The notes under the pieces were generated by a model. It did not search any database, had not been told where the DNA came from, and worked only from the letters and a program-made list of their open reading frames with translations. From Candidatus Sericytochromatia bacterium (GTDB lineage Bacteria; Cyanobacteriota; Sericytochromatia; S15B-MN24; JAQBPE01), in assembly GCA_040400605.1 (NCBI GenBank), contig JBBAPZ010000022.1:1-48665 (forward strand): DNA of 48,665 nt, in the 5' to 3' direction. Positions 19,875-29,078 of this stretch are shown piece by piece. The position numbers and the translations under genes were made by a program. Position 1 is the stretch's first letter; every line of letters begins with the position of its first letter.

Positions 19875-20921
19875 ATGACACGACCGCTCACTTTCGATGA
19901 CTACGCCCTCCACCCCAGTGTAATCGAAGCGCTTGCCAAGCGTCGTTTGACCCGTCCCACACCTTTGCAGAACAATGTCTTGCCCTTGATCCTCGAGGGC
20001 CGCAGTATCATCACGCTTGCCGGGGATGGTGCCGGGCGAACCCTTGCCTATGGTGCGGCGCTGCTGTCCTTGTTCGACTGCGCATCGCAGACACAGGCGT
20101 GTATCATCGTCTCAAACAAGCGGCGTGCGGTGCGTGTGGAGGAAAGTTTACGCGCCTTGAGTCTGGAGCCGTTGCTGCGCATTAGCCATTTGCAGGATGC
20201 GACGGCACCTGCAGGGGCGGATGTCTGGGTCACGACGCCTGCTGTTGCGGCGGCCTTACAGCCAGTGGTGTTGGGTGAACTCCGACTCGTTGTGATCGAC
20301 GATGCCGATGACATCGTGCGCGCCGGTGATTTGCGTCATTTGAACGATTTTTTGCAGATGGTGCCGCAGGGGCGTCAAATGGTTCTGTTTTGCAAGGCGT
20401 GGCCAGCCATTCTGGATGGGTTGCGCACACGATTTTTTGCGGAAGCCGCGATTTTGAAACAGACCGAGTCGCAGGACTCTCTCATTCCCACACAGGCGTT
20501 CGTGCTTCCGGTGATGCCAAAGCCTCTGCGTGCGCCCGAAGGCGGCAACAGGCAAACGATGCGGATGCAAGGCGCCAAGCGCCGTCCCGGCGGTCATTCC
20601 CGTTTTGAACGCGAGGAACCCCGTGCGGAATCCTTTGACTTTGATCTCGAGGATCTGTCACCGCAGCGTGCGAGGGGTGGCTCGGAACCCTTGGCACCCT
20701 TACCGCGCCTTGTGACCACCTGGCAAACCTGCCGCATCCGCTTGACGCCGGGCACACGTCATACCCGTGACAGTGCCCACGCCTACCTGGCGCAACGAAC
20801 CGGCATCCCACGCTCGGCACTGCGGGCGGTTCAAGTGCTGCCGGACAGCATTTCGGTTGACGTTGAGAGTCGCGAAATCGAGCGTTTCAAAAATGCGTTA
20901 TGCGATGAAATGATTGGCTGA
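19875..20921 (+). CDS. Degenerate DEAD-box-helicase-like protein (N-terminal RecA domain only, plus DbpA-like RNA-binding domain)
   Basis: Q-motif PTPLQ; motif I AGDGAGRT; Ib TTPAV; II IDDAD; III FCKAWP; no helicase C domain; C-terminal TGIPRSALRAVQVLPDSISVDV. Confidence 0.75.
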   Translation: MTRPLTFDDYALHPSVIEALAKRRLTRPTPLQNNVLPLILEGRSIITLAGDGAGRTLAYGAALLSLFDCASQTQACIIVSNKRRAVRVEESLRALSLEPLLRISHLQDATAPAGADVWVTTPAVAAALQPVVLGELRLVVIDDADDIVRAGDLRHLNDFLQMVPQGRQMVLFCKAWPAILDGLRTRFFAEAAILKQTESQDSLIPTQAFVLPVMPKPLRAPEGGNRQTMRMQGAKRRPGGHSRFEREEPRAESFDFDLEDLSPQRARGGSEPLAPLPRLVTTWQTCRIRLTPGTRHTRDSAHAYLAQRTGIPRSALRAVQVLPDSISVDVESREIERFKNALCDEMIG

Positions 20922-20961
20922 ACCAGCATTATCAGCAAGTCAAACCCAACACGCATCCGGA

Positions 20962-21630
20962 TCAATCGGCTGACCCCACTGGTTTTTCGCGCCGGCGTTT
21001 TTGCCTCGGGGAACGACGGCGCTGTCTGAAACGTGTTTGCCAATGGTAAAGCGCGGTTTCGACCAGGGGGAGGCCTGCGTTTTGCAGTGCCCAGATACAG
21101 CCGAAAGCAATGGTCACATGGCCGGCCATATTCAATAAAAACGCCAAAAAAGGTGCCATCCGCATGAGATGCAGGGTGGTGAGCATGTTGATCCAATCGT
21201 GGGTGGTGTAGCCCAGTTCTTCGAACTCCTCTCGCGCGTTCATTTTGGTGAACCACAACGGCATTTCCATTTTCTGGGCATCCGCGCAGTACAGGCTCGC
21301 ATCCCAGAGACTGACACCCAGCCAATAGAGTGCGATGGCGGCTGAGAAGTGATGAGAACGCCGCCAAAAATCCAACACAAAGAGCAGCGGCATCACCAGT
21401 TGTGCGATCGTTCCCCCGGCCTGGCTCAAAAAGGTCCCAAAAAACATGAAAATCTTGTGACCGGCCTCGTGGACCAAAAAATTCACAGGGGCCAGCAAAT
21501 TGCCATAGGGGTTATCGGCTGCCACATAGACGACCCAAACGGTTGCAACTGTGACCATCGCCACTTTAACCCAGTCAATCCTCGCCGCTTCAAAACTTGG
21601 TCTTGTTTGTCTCATCAGCGTTTTCACCAT
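20962..21630 (-). CDS. Membrane protein with HExxH motif (peptidase M50-like)
   Basis: VHEAGH in hydrophobic context, AGGTIAQL, HDW motif. Confidence 0.75.
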   Translation of the reverse strand: MVKTLMRQTRPSFEAARIDWVKVAMVTVATVWVVYVAADNPYGNLLAPVNFLVHEAGHKIFMFFGTFLSQAGGTIAQLVMPLLFVLDFWRRSHHFSAAIALYWLGVSLWDASLYCADAQKMEMPLWFTKMNAREEFEELGYTTHDWINMLTTLHLMRMAPFLAFLLNMAGHVTIAFGCIWALQNAGLPLVETALYHWQTRFRQRRRSPRQKRRREKPVGSAD

Positions 21631-21777
21631 GCAGTCATCCCGTGATGCCACTGTCTGCAACGGGCCCCACGCACAACATTCATCTCACGTGGCTGTATCT
21701 GAATGGCGCTTGTGTCCGCCATCACCCGCACACGGCTTTGTCTACCCTGAATGTGCGGCTTCGCACCAGTTTTACGA

Positions 21778-21910
21778 GGAACCATCAATTTTACCGATCG
21801 GACGCTGACTATTCAGCGCAAGACGCAGGGGTGAGCAGACTGATTTCGGGTGTTGCAAGCGGCATGATCACAACGAATTTTTAATAAGCAGTCCGTCAAT
21901 CTGATGGTTG
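21778..21910 (+). repeat. Copy of the internal part of the long-form intergenic repeat
   Basis: 21842-21910 matches 1724-1792 at 56/69 nt; the same AACCATCA...TGATGGTT inverted pair is present. Confidence 0.75.
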
Positions 21911-22017
21911 GGGTTTGCGACCCGTTAGCAAGAAACTGCGGCCAACTACGCTAGGATGTCGGTCCCAGTCATGGCAACATGGGGACAGGTGTGCCCTGCC
22001 GAATGAAGGAGTGTTCG

Positions 22018-23337
22018 ATGGCGATCGCAGATTGGATGAAGCGTGCGGTGTCACCCGAGGCCGTGATGGCTGACGTCAAACCTGGTGCCCACGTCTTTTT
22101 GCACGGGGGATGCGCGCCCGCGTTCGCGCTGGAAACGGCCTTGGCTGGGCGGTTGGGAGAATTGCCGGATGTGACGGTGTATCAAATGCACAAAGAGGGT
22201 CCCGAGGCCATTTTGAACGTCCCGTGGGCAGCCGGGGTGCGGGTGTGCGCTTTGTTTTGCGGTGCGGCGGTGCGTCAATCGGTGGCAGAGGGTCGGGCCG
22301 AATACGTGCCGGTATTTTTGTCGGATATTCCGCGTTACATACGGGAGGGTATTTTTCCGGTGGATGTTGCGGTTATCCAGGTGTCGTATCCGGATGCACA
22401 CGGGTATTGTTCGCTGGGTACATCGGTGGACGTTGCGCGACAGGCGGTGGATTCGGCGAAGGTGGTTTTGGCGGAGGTCAATCGTCAGATGCCGCGGACG
22501 CACGGGATGGGGATGGTGCACATTGATGCGATTGATGCGTTTAGCTTGAGCGATCGCCCCTTGTGGCAGCATGAGCCGAAGGCGCCTGACGGGGTTGCCG
22601 AGGCGATCGCCTGGCACGTCGCCGAATTGGTGCAAGATGGTGCGACATTGCAAATGGGCATTGGCGCCATCCCGGATGCCGTGCTGGCGGCGTTGGGTTC
22701 AAAGCGGAATTTGGGTGTGCACACGGAGATGTTCGCGGATGGGTTGATCGATCTTGTCGAAAAAGGCGTCATTACCAACGCGCGCAAAGGCGGCCCTTTC
22801 GCCCATCGCAGCGTGACCAGTTTTGTCATTGGTACCCAACGCGTGTATGACTTTGTGAATGATAACCCCAGTGTACATTTTTATCCGTCAGACGTGGTGA
22901 ACGATACAGCCTTGATTCGCCGCCACCATCGCATGACGGCGATCAACTGCGCGCTGGAGGTCGATCTCACGGGTCAAATCGCGGCAGACTCAATTGGGAC
23001 GCGCATTTACAGCGGCATCGGTGGCCAGATGGATTTCATCCGGGGTGCCGCCTTGGCCCCGGAAGGCCGCGCCATCATCGCATTGCCCGCAGCCGCCAAA
23101 GGCGGCACCATCAGTCGCATCACGCCGGTCTTGACGCCAGGCTCGGGCGTTGTGACCACGCGGGGCCACGTGCAATACGTGGTGACTGAGTTTGGGGTAG
23201 CCGACCTGCGCGGTAAAAGTGTACGCGAGCGGCAGATGGCATTGGTTGGGATTGCACATCCCGATCACCGCGACGCGTTGCGCGCACACGCGGTCTGTCG
23301 TCATACCTTCCCATCAGCGACCTTGCCGGGCAGTTAA
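22018..23337 (+). CDS. Acetyl-CoA hydrolase/transferase (4-hydroxybutyrate CoA-transferase-like)
   Basis: AAGGAG RBS; LQMGIGAIP, GVHTEM, SGIGGQMDFIRGA, VVTEFGVADLRGK. Confidence 0.93.
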   Translation: MAIADWMKRAVSPEAVMADVKPGAHVFLHGGCAPAFALETALAGRLGELPDVTVYQMHKEGPEAILNVPWAAGVRVCALFCGAAVRQSVAEGRAEYVPVFLSDIPRYIREGIFPVDVAVIQVSYPDAHGYCSLGTSVDVARQAVDSAKVVLAEVNRQMPRTHGMGMVHIDAIDAFSLSDRPLWQHEPKAPDGVAEAIAWHVAELVQDGATLQMGIGAIPDAVLAALGSKRNLGVHTEMFADGLIDLVEKGVITNARKGGPFAHRSVTSFVIGTQRVYDFVNDNPSVHFYPSDVVNDTALIRRHHRMTAINCALEVDLTGQIAADSIGTRIYSGIGGQMDFIRGAALAPEGRAIIALPAAAKGGTISRITPVLTPGSGVVTTRGHVQYVVTEFGVADLRGKSVRERQMALVGIAHPDHRDALRAHAVCRHTFPSATLPGS

Positions 23338-23511
23338 ATCGTGACGCATCAATGGCGGTCCAAAACTTGTCGATACAGGGACGCCATGTGTGATTGTTTA
23401 AGAAGGCGTTTCCGGGTTTATCCAGATAATCAATACTGAGTCGATCCCGATAACCCGCATGCGGACAATGTTACCCAACGATGAAACTTGGGGATTTTTT
23501 GCCAGCGTTAC

Positions 23512-23766
23512 CTGGAACGCCGTAAAGCCCCCACTTTCAGGCGTGGGGATATAACAGGTGTGTTCGTGCTGCGGCGAGAAGAAGCCCATGACGCTGTCAG
23601 TACGCACCTATGCGTGTCCCGGCTGTGGGACGGTCTTGGATCGGGACTGAAACGCCAGTCTAAACATCAGGGCGGCGGGGCTCGCCGTTCTTGCTCGTGG
23701 AGGGGCTTAGCAATGGCGGCTCCTGCGAAACGAGAATCCCCCGGCTTTAGCCGTGGGGAGTGTCAA
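23512..23766 (+). mobile_element. Non-autonomous IS200/IS605-family (IS608-like) mini-element: left end + tnpB 3' tip/omegaRNA + right end
   Basis: Preceded by TTAC (23508-23511). Left end AAAG-CCCCCAC-TTTCAGGC-GTGGGG; right end GAAT-CCCCCGGCTTTAGCCGTGGGG-AGTG-TCAA. This is the IS608 end layout. Confidence 0.88.
23555..23710 (+). pseudogene. tnpB: tnpB C-terminal fragment (Zn ribbon + RuvC-III) with internal stop
   Basis: QVCSCCGEKKPMTLSVRTYACPGCGTVLDRD*NASLNIRAAGLAVLARGGA*; TGA at 23648-23650. Confidence 0.88.
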
Positions 23767-23786
23767 TTAAGGCGACAGGCATGACA

Positions 23787-23899
23787 GTGACGCATCGGTT
23801 TTTTTCAAAACACAGGCAACAAGATTGAAATGTGAGGCGATGACTCATTTTGAGTCAATGCCAGCCAAAAATGCAATCAACATTCAACGCGTTTCCGTA
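23787..23899 (+). repeat. Short form of the degenerate palindromic intergenic repeat
   Basis: GTGACGCATCGGT...CAAAA(23806)...TGACTCATTTTGAGTCA...CAGCCAAAAA...CAACGCGTTTCCGTA. Confidence 0.65.
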
Positions 23900-23941
23900 C
23901 CGTGAATGCAAACACATCGAAGATGAGCAAACGAACGCTGG

Positions 23942-24544
23942 TTAAAACACCTGTACGGACAGGTGTTTGATTGGCATGAGGCATTTGACGCCCCCTTGCA
24001 GACGCTCGGGGGCGCCATGAACGACCAATAGCCAGTATCCGCGATTCAGGCATTGTGCCAGGTAGTCGCGTTGATCCTCAGTTGCCCGTTCATCCATAAT
24101 GGCACCGAGCAACATGCCAAGCCCCACCCCGCCAGCCACCGTATGCACGAGAATGTTGACGGCCATCACGATTGGGCCAGCAGCCAACAAGACTGGCCCC
24201 ACACCGGGCAATACCATCGAAATGAGGCCGAGCGCAAAACCGATGCCCCCACCGATTGCCATGCTCTGTGCCTCAAGCAAGCCTTTGGGTGTGGCATCCT
24301 CGACAATTTCGGCAATCTCACCGGCCGCCTCGACCCGTGGTTGCGCCCCTTTCGTTGATTCGGGCAACTGTGCGATCGCGTGATAGGCGTTGTGGATGTC
24401 CAGTGCCAGGATTGAGACGGTGTTCAAAGGAATACCGCTGCCCCTTAGGGCCTGCATGGCGGCAACGACATCCGCTTCGCGCTCCAGGACTGCAATCAAC
24501 ACGTGTTTTTGCGGCACAATCGTTCGTAACGCCTCAAGAGCCAT
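23942..24544 (-). CDS. General-stress/YflT-like membrane protein with glycine-zipper hairpin
   Basis: A...L...GI...SIL N-terminal segment; GGGIGFALG...LPGVGPVLLAAGPI; GYWLLVVHG. Confidence 0.7.
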   Translation of the reverse strand: MALEALRTIVPQKHVLIAVLEREADVVAAMQALRGSGIPLNTVSILALDIHNAYHAIAQLPESTKGAQPRVEAAGEIAEIVEDATPKGLLEAQSMAIGGGIGFALGLISMVLPGVGPVLLAAGPIVMAVNILVHTVAGGVGLGMLLGAIMDERATEDQRDYLAQCLNRGYWLLVVHGAPERLQGGVKCLMPIKHLSVQVF

Positions 24545-24849
24545 GAGTCCCCAGCCTCCCTCACCCACATCGCCTCACTGGCGTCACCCTAGCACAAGCG
24601 GATGCATGATCAAAGCTATGGCTGGCATCAGGCTAAAGGTCAAACAAGGTGCCAGCCACAGGCCATTCGGCAAGGCGAGCGGTCACGAGGCTTGGACAAA
24701 CCCTAAAATCGACGGTGGATGGCTCAATGTTTTGTGGCGTGTTTGAGACGATGTGATGCAGTAATTTCCCCCGCCACCGTGTTGGGTGACGCACGTGGGA
24801 TGTTTAAGCTGGGTGTCCATGCTTAGAGTGGCCAAAGAGGAGGAATTCC

Positions 24850-25134
24850 ATGGACAGTCGTGTATTGAAAGGCCTGAGTCATGCCGCATTTGCCGCTGGC
24901 GTCACCTCGGTGGCGGTATCCGGTTTGACCTACCTGTTGGCGCGCAGAGAGGAACAGTCCGGACAGCGGAACGCCAGTCATTTTATCGGGTTGTGGGCGC
25001 CGACTTTCTTCACCCTGGCGGAGATGTTGGATCGCATGTCACTCGAAGATTCAACTTATCTGGGTATTCCCATCGAACGCCAAACGCCTGATGGCGTGGT
25101 GGAAGCCCCGCCCAAAGAAGCGTTGCGAATCTGA
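24850..25134 (+). CDS. Small membrane protein (FIGLWAPTF motif)
   Basis: GAGGAGGA RBS; two hydrophobic segments. Confidence 0.75.
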   Translation: MDSRVLKGLSHAAFAAGVTSVAVSGLTYLLARREEQSGQRNASHFIGLWAPTFFTLAEMLDRMSLEDSTYLGIPIERQTPDGVVEAPPKEALRI

Positions 25135-25890
25135 ACCACCTGCCCTACGCAAAACAACCACCCGTATCCCGTTTGGCCCAACGCCAGGCACCGTGAGTGT
25201 AACTTCTGGACAGGGTGAGTCCAGCGAACACGTGGCAGTTAACTCTGCACCCTTTTATACACGATGTGACAGCCTGGCTTTCCACAACGAATTCGATCCA
25301 CCGTTCAAGCCACCGCAGATTCAGGATTAGACACTTCCATATGAAAATGGCAGCAGAATCTTGAGTGTTTTTTTCCAGTGTCGCACGGGTGTCCTTATCA
25401 AAGAAAGCATCCCGCAATCCCCGCAAGTCGGTGGTTTGCGGGTACTTTGCCGTGGCGCCACCGACATTAAAACAACCACTTTTGGCCACCCCTCCGACTC
25501 GCTGATTGTTCCTTGACCCGCATTCGATACATCGTTCAATTGAAAGGTACTTAAAACCAGAGATTTCATGCGTGTTTGCGTGTCCTTGGCTTCCCAGTCG
25601 AAACAGTTCATGTGGTGGTTCGACTGTTTGTCACGTGACAGGGCGCCAACTTGATTTTCACGATTTTGTGCAGTGAACTGCCGTATGTCAGATGGAATTT
25701 TCATCGCAACGAGGCAGTTTGCAGTACTTGGAATCGGGCGAGTCATCTTTATATCTTGATCTGGTAGTCGTCGTCTAAGTCAGTGCAATTGATGATTCTT
25801 CCAAGTCTGGCTGATTATTCGTTTTGTGGTCAGGGTATGAGATCGAAGAGGCAGTCAAGCAGTCTGCAGTAGTTTGGAGGAGACCTCATC

Positions 25891-27504
25891 GTGCGCCATG
25901 TGCCGCTGGCCGTCTTGACGGCCTTGATTGTAACTAGTGGCTGCAACAATTTGTTTCCAACCGGCCCCAATGCGTCACTTCCAGGGGGTACGGGCACGAA
26001 GGTGGGCTCCGCGCAAAGCAAGAACAGCACCATTGTCAGTCGAATTGATGCGGGCGTGAAAAAACCGATTCGCTATGATAACCGTGATGCAGGTGTCGCG
26101 GTGATGACCCGGTCGTTTTCTTTCAGCAACAACCCGAAACTCAAAAAGGCGTCGGAAAGCTTCAATGCGTTTGCGCAGTCGCTGGGAGGTCTTCTCACAC
26201 CGGCGTCGGGTGCTTGGGCGGGTGGTGGCCTGGTCGCCAATGGCGGGGGCTATTGGAACACCAATGAGTTTGCAGCGAGCCTCCGGAACCTGCGGGTGAT
26301 GAGTGTGAAAAACGCTTATGCGATCGCGGGCATCCAGGAACTGAAGCAGGGCGACGCCACCCTGTTGATGGATGATGCGACCAAGGAAATCACGGGTGTG
26401 AAAACACGTGATGCGGAACTGCGGTTCAACTTTGCCAAAGCCGGCAATCGCCGCACGTGGACAATCGACATCGTCAAGAGTCCGGATGGGACGCGGGGGA
26501 AAGTGACAATTGAGGTGAACTCCACCACCTGGCGATCGTTCGAATGGCCCGTCGCTTACATGCCGCCCGAAATCTGTGACACCGATGATACGCAGACAGT
26601 TACGCGCATTGTCCCCAAGCCCGCAAAGACTCCGTGGAACCTCCGCCCGTCTCCTGTACCCATCGCAGCGGCTTCACCGGCCAACCCGGATGATTGGGAT
26701 ACCACGACGGAAGCGGATGACGAAGTGCCCGATGGGGAGCCCGAAACAGAGCCAACACCGGATATGAACCGTGCGTATGACGGTACCGATGGTGATCCAG
26801 ATGCGGAGTGGATGTCGGATGGCGACGATGCGCAAGGGTATTGCGAGCCGGATCCGAATTGGGTCAGGCCCACACCGGTGCCGTTCAAGGTTGGCGGCAA
26901 CGAGTACCCGGAGTTTGTGGAGAGTGCGAGTTTTCAGATCGAGGTGGTTCCCAAGGGTGATGATTCGCTGAAGATGCAATTCAACGGCACCTTGGATGAG
27001 GCGCAAAATGTGCCCAACAGTAGCGTGCGTGTGCCGACGCACTGGGTGTTTGCAGCCCAGGTCCCGGGCATCGCGATGGATTGGGAAAGCCGGATGAAAC
27101 TCATCCCACGCAATTTCAGTTTCGATGGAAAAGGTCGCATGCTGGTTCAGATGGCGGAAGGTGAGGAAGCCTTCACATATACAGCCAGTATGGATGAGAG
27201 CCGCGGCACGGGAACCTTTGCCTTGACCAATCAAGGCGCCAAGATGCAGTTGTTGATGACGACCGGTTGGTCGGGCGCGGCGCAAACGCGACTGCTCTCG
27301 ACTGAGGATGGCGCCGAGTTGGGTACGGTCACGATGATTCGTTCCAATGCCGCCTTGTTGACCTTTAAAGATGGCACAACGAAGGAATGGGAGCTTTTCC
27401 CGGGTGAACTGTTGTCCGTTGGGGCACCCACTGCGCCACGGCCGGAACCGATGGCGCCGCAGCGGTACCCTGTTGCGCGGCGTCCGGTACCAATTAACAA
27501 CTAG
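25891..27504 (+). CDS. Lipoprotein of unknown function with a single LVANGGG motif and an acidic/Pro-rich insert
   Basis: GGAGGAG RBS, GTG start, lipobox TSGC, beta-rich domains. Confidence 0.85.
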   Translation: MRHVPLAVLTALIVTSGCNNLFPTGPNASLPGGTGTKVGSAQSKNSTIVSRIDAGVKKPIRYDNRDAGVAVMTRSFSFSNNPKLKKASESFNAFAQSLGGLLTPASGAWAGGGLVANGGGYWNTNEFAASLRNLRVMSVKNAYAIAGIQELKQGDATLLMDDATKEITGVKTRDAELRFNFAKAGNRRTWTIDIVKSPDGTRGKVTIEVNSTTWRSFEWPVAYMPPEICDTDDTQTVTRIVPKPAKTPWNLRPSPVPIAAASPANPDDWDTTTEADDEVPDGEPETEPTPDMNRAYDGTDGDPDAEWMSDGDDAQGYCEPDPNWVRPTPVPFKVGGNEYPEFVESASFQIEVVPKGDDSLKMQFNGTLDEAQNVPNSSVRVPTHWVFAAQVPGIAMDWESRMKLIPRNFSFDGKGRMLVQMAEGEEAFTYTASMDESRGTGTFALTNQGAKMQLLMTTGWSGAAQTRLLSTEDGAELGTVTMIRSNAALLTFKDGTTKEWELFPGELLSVGAPTAPRPEPMAPQRYPVARRPVPINN

Positions 27505-27528
27505 TGACCAAACCCCGGTGATGATGTG

Positions 27529-27876
27529 CTAATGGTTATTGCTTGGCGGGCGATCGCCCGCCAAGTACAGGCCACCGCCAAGCAACGTCAACGCTCCCGC
27601 AAACAGACCGACTGCACCCCAAGGCGTTGGTCTGCCTCGCCACGCGCTTGAAAACACACCCAGAGCAGCCACAACCCCGGCAAAAACGGTGCCAACCAAT
27701 CCAACCTGTACGAGGCCTTGCGCCTTGGCCTGTCGTGGACTCAATTTGGATCGTTGCGAGGCGTAGTGATCGCTCGCCAGCTGCAGAGCCGGCGTTACCG
27801 GATCGCGCCGCAAATACGCAATTGTCGGCCGCGCCACCCCGTGCAAAGACCGCTCCCGCACCCGCACATCAGACAC
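27529..27876 (-). CDS. Hypothetical protein with two C-terminal TM helices
   Basis: Hydrophobic C-terminal hairpin; start uncertain. Confidence 0.5.
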   Translation of the reverse strand: MSDVRVRERSLHGVARPTIAYLRRDPVTPALQLASDHYASQRSKLSPRQAKAQGLVQVGLVGTVFAGVVAALGVFSSAWRGRPTPWGAVGLFAGALTLLGGGLYLAGDRPPSNNH

Positions 27877-28166
27877 AACGCACCCCCCCAGTCCCTTGGA
27901 ATCTCCCAGACACCTATCGGCAAAGGAGGTTCCAAATCCGTTCCAAACAACAAGCACTTCAGTTAACGATTGATTAAAATTAGATTCAGCCAATCAAGCC
28001 CGTGGGGCCAACCCTGGCTGCGATTCAGGGGTCTCACCGAACAAGGGGGTGCACTCAGGATGGGTTTTGAGCCACGTGAGGGGGTATGACGTGGAAAGGG
28101 GGCAAACATTCGTGGTACTGTTTTCGGATGTGACCGTTGGTTTTTTTCACTTGGGCAGGGGTGTGT

Positions 28167-29078
28167 ATGACAGAGTCAACGTTGAGTGGCCGTCGCGTCC
28201 GGTTAGGGGGTTCCGAACTGGAAGTATCGCCGTTGGCGTGGGGGATGTGGCGCTTTGCCGGTGAGGATTTGAAGGCGTCGCGTGCCAAGATTGATGCGGC
28301 CTTGTCGATCGGCATCAACCTGTTTGATACGGCGGATATTTACGGTTTTGATGGACAGGGTGGTTTTGGTGATGCGGAGGCCTTGCTTGGGCGGGTGTTT
28401 GCGCAATCGCCGGGTTTGCGTGACCAGATGGTGCTGGCATCGAAAGCGGGGATTGAAATCCCGCAACCGTACAATTCGAGCCATTCTTACTTGAAGCGTG
28501 CGTGTGAGGCGTCATTGAAGCGCCTCGGGGTTGAGTACCTGGATTTGTTTCAGATTCACCGACCGGATCTGTTGGCGCATCCGGCGGAGGTGGCGGCTGC
28601 GTTGAATGAGTTGCGGGAAGAAGGCAAGATTCGGGAAGCGGGGGTTTCCAATTACACCGCGGCGCAGACGGCGGCGTTGCAGGCGCATTTGTCGTTCAGG
28701 CTGGTGAGTCATCAGCCGGAGTTTTCCGCGCTTGCGATCGCCCCGCTCAGCGACGGCATCCTCGATCAGGCACTCGAAAAAAACATGGCGGTTTTGGCAT
28801 GGTCGCCTTTGGGAGGAGGCCAGTTGGGTGTCAAACCCGAAAACGGTCGGGCCCTGGCTGTCTACGAGGTATTGGAGCGCATGGCCCATGCGCAGGGCGT
28901 ATCGGTTGCGGCGGTCGCTTATGCCTGGATTATGGCGCATCCGACGCGTGCCATTCCGATTGTCGGTACACAGAATCCCACGCGTATTCGTGAGGCTGCC
29001 GAGGCGTATCGGGTGGAATTGAGCCGCAAAGACTGGTATGACGTGCTGGTTGCCTCGCGCGGGGAGCGGATGCCGTGA
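28167..29078 (+). CDS. smoB: Aldo/keto reductase, SmoB/SquF-like (putative 6-oxo-glucose reductase)
   Basis: GMWR, FDTADIYG, IHRPDLL, GVSNY, AWSPLGGG. Overlaps the SmoC-like gene (GTGA). The AKR family is secure; the specific symbol rests on gene context. Confidence 0.7.
   Translation: MTESTLSGRRVRLGGSELEVSPLAWGMWRFAGEDLKASRAKIDAALSIGINLFDTADIYGFDGQGGFGDAEALLGRVFAQSPGLRDQMVLASKAGIEIPQPYNSSHSYLKRACEASLKRLGVEYLDLFQIHRPDLLAHPAEVAAALNELREEGKIREAGVSNYTAAQTAALQAHLSFRLVSHQPEFSALAIAPLSDGILDQALEKNMAVLAWSPLGGGQLGVKPENGRALAVYEVLERMAHAQGVSVAAVAYAWIMAHPTRAIPIVGTQNPTRIREAAEAYRVELSRKDWYDVLVASRGERMP

Noticed and set aside
23488..23784. 98-aa ORF across the mini-IS
   Set aside because: Wrong frame. The TnpB-like residues are in another frame and the ORF crosses both element boundaries.
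25140..25890. Long intergenic region as ncRNA or coding (ORFs 25145..25489, 25327..25746)
   Set aside because: The ORFs lack an RBS and motifs. Only short matches to the repeat family (for example CTGATTATTCGT at 25811) were seen, too weak to call.
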